A stretch of 52,358 bases of DNA, filler included, from Catajapyx aquilonaris (taxonomy: Eukaryota): assembly GCA_000934665.2 (NCBI GenBank). It is 3 parts of 3 records of this genome, joined end to end, with 100 filler letters (N's around TTAATTAATTAA, not from the genome) between each part and the next. Parts side by side here need not be neighbours in the genome. Positions count along the whole stretch, not along the records: positions 34,801 to 52,358 come from JYFJ02006979.1; 2 more parts are not named here. One strand, 5' to 3'. A program made the translations under genes and the position numbers. Below, piece by piece: positions 34,701-48,375 of the stretch. Numbering within the stretch: position 1 is the first letter of the stretch; each line of letters begins with the position of its first letter. The notes below the pieces were generated by a model. The model made no database searches. It was not told the origin of the DNA and saw nothing but the letters and a program-made list of their open reading frames with translations.

Positions 34701-34800
34701 NNNNNNNNNNNNNNNNNNNNNNNNNNNNNNNNNNNNNNNNNNNNTTAATTAATTAANNNNNNNNNNNNNNNNNNNNNNNNNNNNNNNNNNNNNNNNNNNN
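34701..34800. other. Assembly gap with artificial six-frame-stop spacer
   Basis: 44 N + TTAATTAATTAA (34745-34756) + 44 N. Confidence 0.95.
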
Positions 34801-36077
34801 GGATTTGAATAATCAGTTTGAAAGTAATTGAGAGGAGCGTGTCTATTCCAAAGCTTGGAGGCATTACTTTCCCCATCAGAGCTGATAATAAGTCTCCCTA
34901 GCAAGGGTTGAAAGGCGCGTGGAAACATTCCAAATGGATATGCCACTCCGGGGTTTATAATTGCCACTTTCTAATTTCCTTTTCCCCCCTAGTCTCTCTG
35001 AGCATTTTTTCCATCCTCGTTCTGAGGAAATGGCGTGTGAGGCACATGTCTCATCAACATTGTTGTCCGGAGCCAAAATGTATGGCGACAGACCATTTTT
35101 GCCGAGTGTGTGCCGTAAATTAGAGCGATCGGGGCATTAGCACTTGCACACGGTTAGGCTAGGCCCCGCATAAGCCTCTCTTGGAGGAAGTCTAGGCACA
35201 ACTTGACAAGTTGCCAGCACTTGTTTTAGGACGGGCTCTGGGAAGGAGATTTGGGAGTATGCCTCCCCGCTCCTCCACCCCCCTACTACTCCCCCCTTGT
35301 GGATTAGGCAGTTTAGCCACGCCGACTGGGATTTACTAGGATGGGATTGGGGGAGGGAGATGTGGGAGGAATATATGTATACAGGGGACAATTTGGAGTC
35401 TGCGTCACGGCCGCTTCTGGCCGATCCATCTTCCCCCAGCATGCCGTTGCTGCAAAAGGCCTATTCCTGTCCTACCAGTGTGGCCTGGATTTTGCAGAGC
35501 AATTAAGGTTAAGTGATGGTCCCCCGCGGAAATCATATTTTTGTTTGGCGTCCACCTGCATTTTTGATTCTTTCCGGAGTTTGGAGCATGGCAGCAGGAT
35601 GGGATAACACGTGCGTTTTGTAGGCACCACCAATCCATGTCGTGTAGCTAAAAACGAGTGGGATTCATTACAGGCACGCCATGCTGCAAATATCCGCGCT
35701 AAAATCGCCATTGGGACTCTCATATTGATACCCATAAACTAACTGGCAGCTTGGACACAGGGCTCAGAAATTTGGTCAACGACCACGTTTAATGATGTGG
35801 ACGTAGTTTTAATAACGATTAGGTCATTATTTAGTGGCGGGGTGGGTGCGACGGGCTGGGCTGTGATTGTAACCGAAAGTTTGGGGGTACCGCGAGCTGT
35901 TTGACACACAGGGTGCGTGTGTGCCCCTCGTGCTTGGTTTCGGATGCGGAATATGTGAAAAGACATGGGAACTACCTGGTCCCACCAGCAGCTTTTCCGG
36001 TTTCAATTAAGCGAGCAGAATTAAAACGTCCCTTGCGGCCAATCCCAATAGGGACAAAGTAGCGCTGGGAAACGTGA

Positions 36078-36275
<198 letters not shown>

Positions 36276-37212
36276 TAGAAATAAAATAACATGTCGGGGT
36301 GAATGCCTGAGACGTATAGAAAATGAATGGCTTGTTTCCCCCTGCTCACCAAATGGCATTGGTTTAGCAGCGGGCAAGAATCCAGAAAGTTCGAAAAGAT
36401 GAGGATTTTTTTCCCTCAATCTTTTTTTTTTTGTGCTTACTATGCAAACCTTTCGACTGCAGTGCAATGACGCAAAATCCAGCGGCCAATAAATTTTTCA
36501 GTAAATCGACCGGTTTTTTGAGGGAGGTTCTGGTCGGTTTGGTAGGGGTGGGGGGTTGTCACTAACCTTTACTTAACAAGAGACTGGGCGGTGAATTATT
36601 GAAACGTGGGGTTATTATAGTAGTATCGACTGTCGAGGGAGTGGGGGTGGGGGGCCTTTTTTCACCGGAAGATGTTGCCAGACTGGTGTTGATTTTGATG
36701 AGCTTGGTTTTCATCCTGGTATCACAGCATGGAGGTGGTTCGGTTGCAATCAGGACTTTTGCCAGGTGTGTGATGATAGTATTTAACTAATGCGGTGTAA
36801 ACACTTGATTTGCCCTGCCAGGTCAATGTTGTGTTTGCCCAACCCCTATGCCATTTGTTGGCCCCCTCCATTTTTTTTCAGGGGTCTCACAAAAGAAGCC
36901 GAAGTTAGCTGCTGCTCACATACTTTTCCGGACTCCACATTGATTTCCGTTGGTGGCCGTGTTTGCCTTTGGGTATTAGTAAAGGATTTACAGCAACTTG
37001 CTTTTCTCATATACATATGCTAGATACCAATATCTGGAACTTATTGAACCCCATCAGAAGATAGCCTCCCCCCCCCCCCCNCCCCCCCCCGGGCTTCAAG
37101 TGCCTGTGTATAATGCCACTGATCAATAACTGACGGGGGGAATCATCCGTTTCATTATGTATGCTGGTGGAGTATATAACCGATGACCTATAAAGACGTA
37201 AATCTTAAATAA

Positions 37213-37458
<246 letters not shown>

Positions 37459-39515
37459 TAAGGTGCAGGTCACGCCATTTCGAACGCTCCAGATTGAGAC
37501 TCGCCCCAGTGACATTAACCACCGGTGCTGTTTGATTGTCCTCATCCATATTCCAACCGTATCAGAATACGATGGACACACATCAATTGCCTTTCGCAAA
37601 GTATAGTCGTCATGCCCTATTTTTCGGATCTGGGAAAACAGATGGATCCGCACGAGTTTGTTTGTTTAAATTCCAATGGGCGAGTAGAGTTGGACTAACT
37701 CTCCATCTGGGGCTCAAATGGCTTGGTCTGCTTGTTTATATATTGTTGACTGCAGTGGTAGCATAGTTTGTACAATAATGATGCCTCTTGCGACTGACTA
37801 TTAGACCTACTCTCCATGGCTCTTCTGTAGGTAGGATGGACAGGAAGGTGACCAGCAAGGACCGAAAAAAGTAGGTTTTCTGCGGTCCTTTGGACAGTGT
37901 GTACAAGCAGCGTTGCCAATCCACGCTCGTGATGATGGTAGTCTAGCCAGGATATTTGCTCTAGTTTGGTGGTATGGCAGCGTTGTTTGAAACCAACCTA
38001 TCTAATCTTAGTACGGTGGTGACAATGCCATGCTTTCACATGTACACTTATGCCAGGAGAAACTATTTTAAAACCTGTCCGATTCCCCCAGAAAGGACCG
38101 GTACTGCAACGTGAAATCTGGCAGCCAACTATTTAAAGTGCAATATTCATGGCGGCAGGGACAGGCTCCCATTTTGTAATCTGGCACGTTGCTGACACCA
38201 GCCGCCATTTTAGCGACTGCCAGGCATGAAAGTAGGACTAGAGCTCTGCGGAGCTTCTCCGAGAATCTTCTTTTCCCCCCCCCTTCCCATGCCTCCACCG
38301 CCACTATACCCTCCCCTTAATTCCGAAGCAGCATTTTGTTTTAAGGAACGAAGTCAGGCAAGAATGGGGGGCTGGGACGGCCGGGAAGATTGAAGAAAGA
38401 TGGGGAAGAAAATTGGCTTCGTGGCTCGGGCTGACTGAGATTTTCGCCAGGAGCCAGCTTTTGGCGGGAACTACACTTGGCGGCGTGTATAGCCCTATGC
38501 TCAGCTCTGCCCCTGTTGCCTCCAGGAGGTGCGGCGCTGACCCGGGTTGGAGCACCGGGAAGGACAGGGTTGGGGACTTTGGCCCCGGGCCGGATCCAGG
38601 GTCCGTGGGGGCCGCCGCGGGGTTTAGACCCACTCCAATCCACGCTCTGTCGACCCTTCCATTCAGGTTGTCAGAAGCAACGTTAGGACCCGGTGATATA
38701 TTAACTCCATTCCGGGTCCGGACCGCTTTTGCAGGGGTGTATGCCGCTGATAGATGTATTTTCGGTTTACTCTACAATCCAGATTAACAAAAAAAAAAAA
38801 GGAAAAAAGAAAGAAAAAAGTAAGGAAAGCGGAAAAAATACAGTGGCGGTGGGTGGGGATGAACCCGGGAATGTCGTACCTTCAGGGCATTGCCCACCGG
38901 ACCCTATTTTGCAAAAGAAAGAGTAATTGCGCCTGTGTGCATTATGCAGGTGAAGCAATTTGGGCAAAGAAGTGCAGCGGCCGTTTCCCCCCCTGCAAAT
39001 GATCCGCATGCTTTTGAGCAGGGAAATAATTAGTATTCAGTCCGGACAATTGTTGCGGGAGGGAACAGGGACAGAGAGTGGTCCCAGCGTGGCCCTTGGC
39101 AGGAGAGCAACAGAGAAGGAGCGTTTTTGGCGTGAGATAGTTGGCCTGCCTGCCTACTTTCCGGAGTGGCTTGGGTCCGCTGGGGTCGAATTAACAGGAT
39201 GAACCTGCAACCTCCGCCGCCGAGTCCTAATCTAACGTAGCTTCATCCATAAATGAAAACAAATTGAGCTGGTGGGGTGGAGGAGAGGGGAGTTGGCTGC
39301 CGTATACGGGCTCGCTGCTGCCTTTTCTTGTTATCATGGAGCTCACTTTCTTGCCCTGCTGGGCTTGCGCCCGCTATTATCCTTCTTTTCTCGTAAGCCC
39401 TGTACACAGTGGTACCACCATGGCATGGCATTGCAGAAAAGGGTGTAGATTGTAAGATGATTCGGTGTGGGCTTTTGCCGCTGTTGGTGACACGTCGATT
39501 GGGGCACCTTTTCAG

Positions 39516-39673
39516 CTGGGGCGTCACCATACAACATGGTGCCGAGTACGCAGGGAACGCCGGGTCCCATGATGTCCCCCGCACCTCCGCCGCAGGGTCC
39601 GCAAGACGGCATGGGGTACAACATGAACATGAACGGTGGTGACTACACCCCGACATCCATCCCCCAGTCTCAG
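39516..39673 (+). CDS. exd: extradenticle exon, C-terminal region
   Basis: ccttttcAG| then AGASPYNMVPSTQGTPGPMMSPAPPPQGPQDGMGYNMNMNGGDYTPTSIPQSQ then |GTATGT. Phase 1 matches the previous exon. The GASPY..MMSP..QD.MGY pattern is typical of arthropod Exd. Confidence 0.93.
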
Positions 39674-40009
39674 GTATGTATCGTGTCCCCATATGTAATG
39701 TGGGCAAGCAGCAGCAGGATCAACACGTGGGCTGTATATGCCATGGCGCTGATTTTTATCAGGCCAAAGCTCGTTTTTATGTTTATGTGGTGTGGATGGG
39801 TCCACCACCTCTAATGATGCTTATGCGGATTGGGTATTATACACCAGAGGGACATGATGACTGCTGGGCTCTCAAACGCCCGTTTTTGCCCCGTTTATGA
39901 CTGAGGGTTTGAAAACGCTTTCAATTACGATGTAAACCTGGAAGCTGTCTCAAACTATTCTCCCCCCTGAAAAAAAAACAAACTATGTTTGACACCATGT
40001 CTATTGCAG

Positions 40010-40057
40010 GCCTACTCGGACGGTAGCGGCATGGGCTACGACCCAACTATGCATCAG
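40010..40057 (+). CDS. exd: extradenticle 48-nt exon
   Basis: tctattgcAG| then AYSDGSGMGYDPTMHQ then |GTAAGT. Phase 0-0. MGYDP.MHQ resembles the insect Exd C-terminus. Confidence 0.9.
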
Positions 40058-40166
40058 GTAAGTCGCACGAGGGAGCGGTCAGATCATTTGGGGGTAGTCA
40101 GAACAAACGGGAGGGAAAAGGATTACCAGATAAAAGAGTGCTGTAGCAAGAGGGTCGCAAAATGGG

Positions 40167-40170
<4 letters not shown>

Positions 40171-40198
<28 letters not shown>
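40171..40198. repeat. (TC)n microsatellite
   Basis: About 14 TC units. Confidence 0.9.
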
Positions 40199-40202
<4 letters not shown>

Positions 40203-43200
40203 TTTGTATTATTCTCCTGGCTGTTACATTCTCTAGCCTCCCCCCTCTCGACCCTCCCCGTATAATAACTGCACTGGAAATGTCCCTGGACATGGATGGC
40301 ATGCGGCTTTCTGGCTTTGCGGTTGGGCGGTTGAACCAGGCGGCGAGTTCTCATTCTACTTTCTTTCTATGTTCTTTTTTCTTTTTTTTAATGCGCACAC
40401 TCTTTCTGGTGCGAGATGACCACTTTTTATGGGTGCTAGGAATTAATGTATCATTTTCGGGGATGGGCGGAATTGAGAGCCAACTGCCCTGTGTTCTACC
40501 CGCAGACGGTGTTGCATGCCTTCTTATCTTTCCTTGCTCTTGTGCCCCCCATTTGTCTTGAACGAGGGGGTGTTGCTGTGATGAGGCCTTGGCTTGGCAA
40601 TGCTGCCCCATTGTTGTGTAGGCGGCCTTATTAACTAACAAGCTTGGTTTACTGACGTAGGATAAGCCGGTGTGGTATTCTCCTTTGGCTGGCGGTGGTG
40701 TGCCTGCTCATTTTGGATGGTTTCTCACATAAGTCACCCTGCCACAATAGGAAATAGAGCTGGTGATATAATATGCGCAGCGAATAGGCCTAGTTTGTTA
40801 TTGGGAAATGGGGTTTTCGGGGGAGATCCTCCAGGCTATGACGGAGATGACATTGCTCGGTATGCAACCTCCCCACCCAAATCTCCCTTCCTCCCCTCCC
40901 CATGCACATCCCCCCCTGTGTCCTATAATGAGGCTGCTAAAATGCATGGGGGGCCGGTGCCCCGTGCCGGAGGAAATGGCGGGGGCCCAAGCTCGGGCTA
41001 ATGGCATAGGATTACCAATAGCCTAATTACACCGCCTGCGAAGCCCCTGCGTCGGTTGGTTCGCTGGTTGGTTGTTGCGTGAGGAAGGGATTTTTCTTTT
41101 TTTTTCAACTTTTTTTTGTTGTTGTTAATTTTTCCACCCCTGCCACAACCCATGTTAAGTAGTCAGTCAGTGGGTTTGAGGAGGTTTTCCCCTTCATAAC
41201 CCACCCACCAAACGTCTTCCCCCCGCCGGGCCACTAATTCAAATTCGGACGGGGATCGATGGGGGCTGGCCACAATGCAGCTGAAGGAAGGGTACCATCG
41301 GCCCCAAGATCGTCTGGTTGTATGGAAGGGGAGGGGGGGGGGGGGATACCATGCCAGGTACCACTTGTCACTTGGATATGGTAAAAAGTCCCGCTCTCAT
41401 CAGGGCCATTAACAGGTGAACGGCCTGCCCGGGTAGGGCCAACTGCGGGTTCAAATTAAATATCTGTAGGAAATCGTGTGTTTTGGCCCGATGTTATCGG
41501 TCCGCAAGTAATTTCCATCCGAGAATAATGAGGACGTGAGAGCATCAAAGAAACATTCCCATTTGGAGTTTCAGTGGGGTTGAGAAGGGTTTACAAAAAA
41601 AAAAAAGAAGAGGGGCAGCAAAGTGCACCTGGACCCTTGGTGGGGATCCGGGCCTGACACGGGCCCTAAGCTCTTATTTCCAAAGTCCATCCTGGCTGAA
41701 GCCCCTCGAGACACATGAAAATGAGTTCGGGATCCACTGACCAGGAGCGGCTGGTCCATCACTCCCTTGTGTTCTTTTTCAGGGGGGGTAGGGAGCAGTG
41801 GGGTGGATTTTGGACGGTAGGTCCGGTGGGGGCCATTTGAAAGCGCAGACCGCAAGGCCTATGGGTCTGAGGCGGGTTCTCCGGGAAAAAAAAAAATGGG
41901 AAAGGCAACAAGAGGTGCGTAAAGGGGGCCCCACCCAATTGGAAGGATGCGAGCAGACATTTTCTCTTCGTTGGTGGTACTACTACTCTACCTCCAGCAC
42001 ACCCATTTTCCAATAGTCCCCCAGGCGGCGCTGGGAATTTATCAAAATGTCGGCCAGTCGCAACGGCCCCGATCGTTCCTCCAATAGTGCGGTCGGGGGG
42101 GAAATGAAGGCGAGCCAATAGTCCGGCCGGAGTTTACGGAATTAGATGCCTATATCAGTTCGGGGAGACATGACAGGGCAGCACGCAAATGGGACTGGAG
42201 GGGGTTGGAAGGGGAGGGGGGGGGATGCTAATATCATCAGCCCCAAGGCTTTGTAGGGCCCCGTCCAAGGTAGCCCCGAATCCATTTACTCCCGGGATTA
42301 AAATGCGTAAATGGACCGAAACGAAATTTCATGGGCTAAATCTTCACATGTCTGGGATCCATTTGTGTAAATCAACAAACGGGAGGGAACCGCTCTCATT
42401 ACACGGTACGGGTTCATTTGCAGGAAGGTGCTAGTAATGATGTAAGAAACAAGTGAAATTGCTATTTTTTTCCCCCACTCTTTTACTAGGGGGTACCCCC
42501 CCCCCCCCCTTCCCCCTTCGCCAACCTTAGGAGTGGTGGAGATGGGCCGTAAAAGGCGGAAGAGACGCGCGGAGGAAAGGCCCGAATGGTCGTTGGCTGT
42601 CCAGCGAATGGGCTCTTTGCGGGCCAAAGGAAGACGAGGGGTTACCAGGGTTAGGCCGCGGGTTTGCGACTCGTAACACCTTCTCGCTCGGATGACTCGG
42701 AGGCCTAATCGATTGTAAATAATGCGGCCGGTACGTACGATAAGGTTTTTCGTCGATTCCGGTGACAGCAGAGGGAATAGAAATCAATGGGCAAGGTGCG
42801 GGGTTTCTCAGGCCTGCGAATTAATTCGTTACAAGGGCGGACAGGTGGGAAAAGTCCCATACACCCAAAATATTTAATTCCGAACCGGTCCGATTTTGAT
42901 CAAATAAACAGCAGCGATCATAGGCCATACCACACCCTTCTGTGAGGGGGTGGGTGGGTTGAAAAAAAAAAAGGGGGGTACGAGCGTCGAAACAAAGCCT
43001 GCCAGTAAATCCCACCCCCCTCCTATTCACCCCGGCCAAACCCCAGTGCTGAAACCACAATCTCGTGCACGGCCTGCATAATGGCAACCCCCCACAATTG
43101 GAAAATCGCAAACCGAAAGCGCACCCCCTCCCCATGCACTCCACCCTCGCCAAAACCCCCTTTAGCCAAGATGGTGTGCGTTGTGCACAGAATAATATCA

Positions 43201-46200
43201 AAGCCGCCATATCGGATAGTTTTTTTTCTCTCTCTCCCTCTCTCTCTCTCCCCCTTCCCCATGCTGGTTGTAATCCAGTGTTGGAGCTACCTTTTGAACC
43301 CAAGCCGTACCGATATTGGAAGACTAGCTGTATTGGATCAAGGGCGCTACTGTGAAATAATTTCCGTTATTTTGCAGAAAAGTGCGGGGTTGCCGGATTT
43401 GCTTAATGTTTGACCGTAAAAATTGACAATGCGTGTTAACAGGAATAGGGTTGAAATTGAGTGAACCTTGTTGATCTCTGTGGGCCGTAAATCGTTACAT
43501 CAAGCGCTAATGGGCCAGCAGGGTTTTTTTTTTTTAGTTTTTTAAAAGAGAGGGGCACCTGTGCCTAGACAAGATGGGAGGGGGCAGGTGGAGGTTGCTC
43601 GGTCAAGAGCCTCCAGAGTGCACTTCTAAAAGAGATGCCAGAGGCCTTCGTGGTTTCCTGCGGCGCAGTCGTGACTCGTCGCCTTCCTTTGAAGTTGGCT
43701 CCGAAAAAAAAAAAAAAAAGAATGGGGGGTACAGGGTACGACACTCGAATCCGGAGCAGGCTGACAGTCCGGAGATTGACAGCGGAACGGGAGGCTATTA
43801 GTCATCCATTGTTGCTATGCGGTGATGTCTTGATCGAGAGTTTGTAATAAATATCCGTGTACAGTTGAGTAAGAATCTTGGTCAGGTTCTTCTTCAGTGG
43901 AGAGATTTTCTTAGGGGAGTGGGGGAATACTCTCTGAGTTTCTCTCCATCCTGCAGAGCGGTCATTAGGCGAATCCCGGGCGTGGGTCCGGCGGGGGGCT
44001 CATCAGGCGAGATGGAGACCCCGAGTGGGCTGTCAGCCGGCCGCTATTTATGTGGTCATGCTTCAAGCCGCGTCCCCATACATCTCGGCCGGGATGGGGG
44101 AGCGTTGGCAGCCCCGTTCTGTGCTCCCCGGACGATAATGGCGCCGGATTGCCTGCCCGATTAGGCCCGCTCCGTCTTCTTCCTTCGCCTTCTTCCTCCT
44201 TTTCTTTTCCTCCTCCTTCCTCTGCTGGCTCCGATTTTCCAAATGACCCGTCCATCCGGGATACCCCACCCACTCTGGCTAGATCCACCGGACTTTGGAT
44301 GCTTTCCTCCTCCTTCCGTCCCAATTTTTTTTGTGTGTCACAAACTCAGACGTCATGTTGCACTACTCATTTGGATAGTGTGATGCTTGGGCAGGGAGGC
44401 ATGGGAGTTGACTAATTTTTTGACCGACTAACAGCAGACATGTTGATGCGGTTAGGTGAGGGAGCGGAATAGCATGTGGTTTGGTGGTGGTTATATGGAT
44501 CATCTTATTTGCGGGGGAAAAAGTAGCCGTGGTCGTAAAAATTTTTATCCTAAAAATTTTTGTTCTGCTCAGGTCCATTGAGAGAGGAGGATCAAACCGA
44601 CATCGTGCCAGGGGCGCTTTGCAAGCGGAATTGACGTCATGGATGTGTACTGTAGACTGTACGGTGCTTCTTGTTCTTTTTATTGTTTATTATTATTATT
44701 TTTGGTTCTCTACATGCCGGACGAAAAAGAAACAATCTTTGAAAGCGGAAAAAAATCACGAGAGACAGGAGCCCACCTGTGTGATAAGTTGGAAGGTGGA
44801 TTGTGGGTGACCTCGCTTGAAAGAAACCCACAAAATGGTTCCAGGAAATAAGATCTTGCGGAGTGAGTGATCAGGAAGAAGCAAAGACAATAGTGAGGCA
44901 GCCACGAAGAACTTTCTTAGCAGTAGCTCTACATTGTGCTCCCTGGTGCCAGTGGTAGTTACATAGGGCGACGGCTGGGGAGTTTTAAAAATATACATAC
45001 ACACCTAATATTATATTATTATATAATTATTATTATTAATATTAATAAAAAAAAGCCGAACACAAGTTTTCTGGGACACATTTGCCGATGTGATTTGAGG
45101 GAACCAATTTGATTTGACTCGGACTAGTGGATAGTTGCCCACCCCCTAATCGGTGTGTTTTACAGTAGGACTTTTAAGATTGATGTGTTTTCTTTTTTGT
45201 GTAAATTTGGTGAACTTTACAAGTGCAGGCCCATATCTCACCTCCTTCCTCCAGCACCTGTGCCACAGTTTTGTTGTTTCTTATTTTGGGGACGTTGGAA
45301 ACGGGTGCTGGGGGATCGAGTGGAGTTTTAGAGGCAAAAGACTCGGGCGGTTTTCCACCACAACACTTGATCCCTCCACTGAGTATACGAACTTTTACCT
45401 CTGAGCTTAAAGAAAGTAATTTAAAAATAAACACTTCTGGTTCCCTTGAACAGAATGCACATTTGCTAGTGTAAGAAATAAGCGACCCTGGAAACCTTCT
45501 TGGAGTATTTTTCTCGCCTTGCCCCAAAGACCTCTCTGCACAGTTTCCTAATTGGAGAGTGAAAAAAAAAAAAAAATCACTGGGCGTCAGTTTGAGACGC
45601 TGAGGGTGAGAGGTCTTGCTGTTGAATAAAATAAATAAATACACGAATAAAAGGAAATAAGAATGCGGCGAAGCTTCTGAGGTCGTGCGAACAATTTTTT
45701 TGTCATAAGAAAGAAGAAAGTAAAAAAAGGCTATACAGTAATATGCATTGGACACAATCACCACCACCATGACCCCCATCTCGAATATTGTTTGCTCACT
45801 GTGTTTCGATTCTTGCAGCATCATGATGGTTGTTTTAAATTTCACAGTGGAACTGTGCAGCTTTAAGGGCATTGTGGCATGCTGTGACTCGAAGCACAGA
45901 AACAATCCCGATGGCACTTTATTGAAAAAGAAAGTGATTCAAAATAAAGACATTTGTTGGCTTTTCTTTTTGAGCTGCTGTTGGGTGTTTGAGCTCCATA
46001 AGAGAGTACAAAGGCCAGATCTGCTTTGGGGGTCGTGCCTTCATTTCAAGATAACGCCATTTTGTGTTTACCATTTTTTAAGTAAAACAACGCTATTGTT
46101 TCATACTGCATGTAAGCCCATTGTGCAGATGTATAATGTGACGCACTAAATGTACAACCAAATTTAAGAGAAAAAAAACTGTAAATAAGCAAATAAAAAA

Positions 46201-46780
46201 TTGCATTGGAACACCAAAACTGGCTGGATTTCATTTGACTTGGGGTTGTGTTTTTTTTTGTTGTTGTTGCTTTTACTTCTTGGCAAGTTCGTAGTGATGT
46301 GATGAGGCGCTCGTGTCGCAAAAGCATTTTGTTCCCATGACCAGGCAGTGCCACCCTTGCAGATCTGGCTTGGTGAAAGGAGCCTACTGCCTTGCATTTT
46401 GCCTACAAACTGCATGCTCATAGTTTTTTTCTTCATGCCTCTTTACCTGTACAGAATGTGCTTTTCGTACCTTGAAAGTCGTCGCCCAATCGCAGGCCAA
46501 ACAAAAATTTCCATCTGCTATGTTTGTGCTGTCTGGCTTCTGGGCTTTCTGTCGCTTACCTCAAGTTTTTATTAATGAAGTTGTTCTTTCTCTTTGCCTG
46601 ATATGTACCGAGTTGGGAGAGGAACCCCGATATTGGACCACGTCACATCACTATGGCTTTTTTCTTTTATTTTTTTAACAATTATTTTTTTATGTGGGAG
46701 GGTTGGGATGAATAATAGGTTTTGTTTGTGTTTGTTACCTGAGTGACATGACCACCAAAACATGTGTAACCCTCCTGCAG

Positions 46781-46942
46781 GCCACACCCAAGTCTCACGG
46801 GTCGTCCCCGTCGCACCCATCTCGCCCCGGTTCAGGTTCTTGGAACCCACCCCGGGAGCAGATCCCAGACTTCCCCCCAGTGCAGCCCCCATGTGACGAA
46901 GACAGCCAGGACGAGCCTTCCAGTAAGCGGCCCAAGCTTTAG
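46781..46942 (+). CDS. exd: Probable terminal coding exon of extradenticle
   Basis: gtaaccctcctgcAG| then ATPKSHGSSPSHPSRPGSGSWNPPREQIPDFPPVQPPCDEDSQDEPSSKRPKL*. Phase 0 and a GC-rich coding-like island in AT-rich flanks. Not recognised by homology. Confidence 0.65.
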   Translation, partial: ATPKSHGSSPSHPSRPGSGSWNPPREQIPDFPPVQPPCDEDSQDEPSSKRPKL

Positions 46943-48369
46943 GAGACCACCGCATTGCCACAACTGAGTGCAAGAGAGGGTGTTTGCATATGAGTATGTG
47001 TGAGAGTGTGTGTGTGTGAATGGAAATGTGTGCATGACAGGGAGGTTGAGGGAGCTGAGGAGAGGCTTCCCTGAGGTGGCACTTGCGCCACCTCCATCAC
47101 GACACCTCCAATGGCTGCTGCTGCTGCTTCCTATCAACAACCCCAAATGGTCCCCCAGTTGGCTGCTTTTTGGCAGAAGAGGAAAAAGGTGGAAGATGGA
47201 CCCAGTGCTTCACAGACACTCACCCACCAACTACGTGTCTCTTTCTTTAGTTCTCATATTTCTTTTTTTGGAGAAACTCACTTCCAGGACTCCGCATACA
47301 AAAAACGAAAAGGCTGCCGTTTTCATGCAACAAGGGCAAGGGGCCTCACGGCCCCCAACCAATCACAAGCAGTATACGTAACGAAACAAACACAGAAATA
47401 TTAAAAAACAAAAAACAATATTACTAGTAAGAATAATAATACTATTAAATAATAATAATTAATAATAATGATAATATTACTCCTGGGAGAATTCCTGGGA
47501 CATATCTTTGGATATTTGAATAACAATAGAACCTTTTAATTTGTGCTGCCAAGTTGTACGCCTGTCGGTTGTTTCATCGTGTAAATGGGAAGTAACAGTG
47601 TGCACTCTTTTGTCGTTTTTCACAAATGAAGGCTGTACAGTGCACATTGTTTTAAGAGGAGGGGAGTTGGGAGGGGACCATGGCAAAGCACAGCTGTGAG
47701 CATCATTATTACGTCTCTGCCATCACGCCTTTCCCCCAACCACCCCGAAGATGATCCACGCCGCCTTCAAAGTGTCGGCCACTAAAAAGTATACGATTGC
47801 TGTTGCAGATTTGTGGATGTTTCATTTTTGTAGCAAACCATTGAAACTGCTTCTGTGCTGTTCAGCCATGCCCCTCCCACCCCTTATTTATTTCCCAGCA
47901 TTAAAAAAGGTAAAAAAATTCATGTCGAAGGTCAGCGAGTGGTTAACAGCGCTCTCTGGACATCTCCCTAAAATCTTGATTATTTTTGAAAAAAGAAAAT
48001 CAAATGAAAAGAAACTTACTATCCCAAATCCTCATCCTCACTGTTTATTACTATTGTTAGGGATTGTTGGATTGGTGAGGGAAGGGGCTTCCAATGTATC
48101 CAGTAACTTGTGTCGCCTTTTAAAAATTGGCAGTGGGACGGTAGAAAGCAAGGGATTCAAAGTGAGAAACAGCGACCCTTAGAGCAGGGGCAATGTGAAT
48201 GAAAAGAAACGAAAAAAACTCGAATACTCCTGAGGCTGTGATTTGTTATACCCTCTTTGGACGTAAAATCATGAACGTGCTGGGAAGAGTAACAGAATGG
48301 AAAATCATTTGTCTGATGCTGCCAAAGCGAACCAAGTACACTTACAAGTATACGAATAAGAAGTAGCCT

Positions 48370-48375
48370 AATAAA
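48370..48375 (+). promoter_or_regulatory. Candidate polyadenylation signal for exd
   Basis: First AATAAA I found downstream of the 46942 stop. Confidence 0.25.

Noticed and set aside
39989..40561. 190-aa ORF as a separate membrane protein
   Set aside because: Only 40010-40057 is exonic (exd). The rest is intron read-through over (TC)n and T-rich tracts.
45174..45917. 247-aa minus-strand ORF, the longest in the window
   Set aside because: Non-ATG start, Phe-rich composition from A/T runs, antisense to exd intron/UTR-like sequence, and no recognisable domain.
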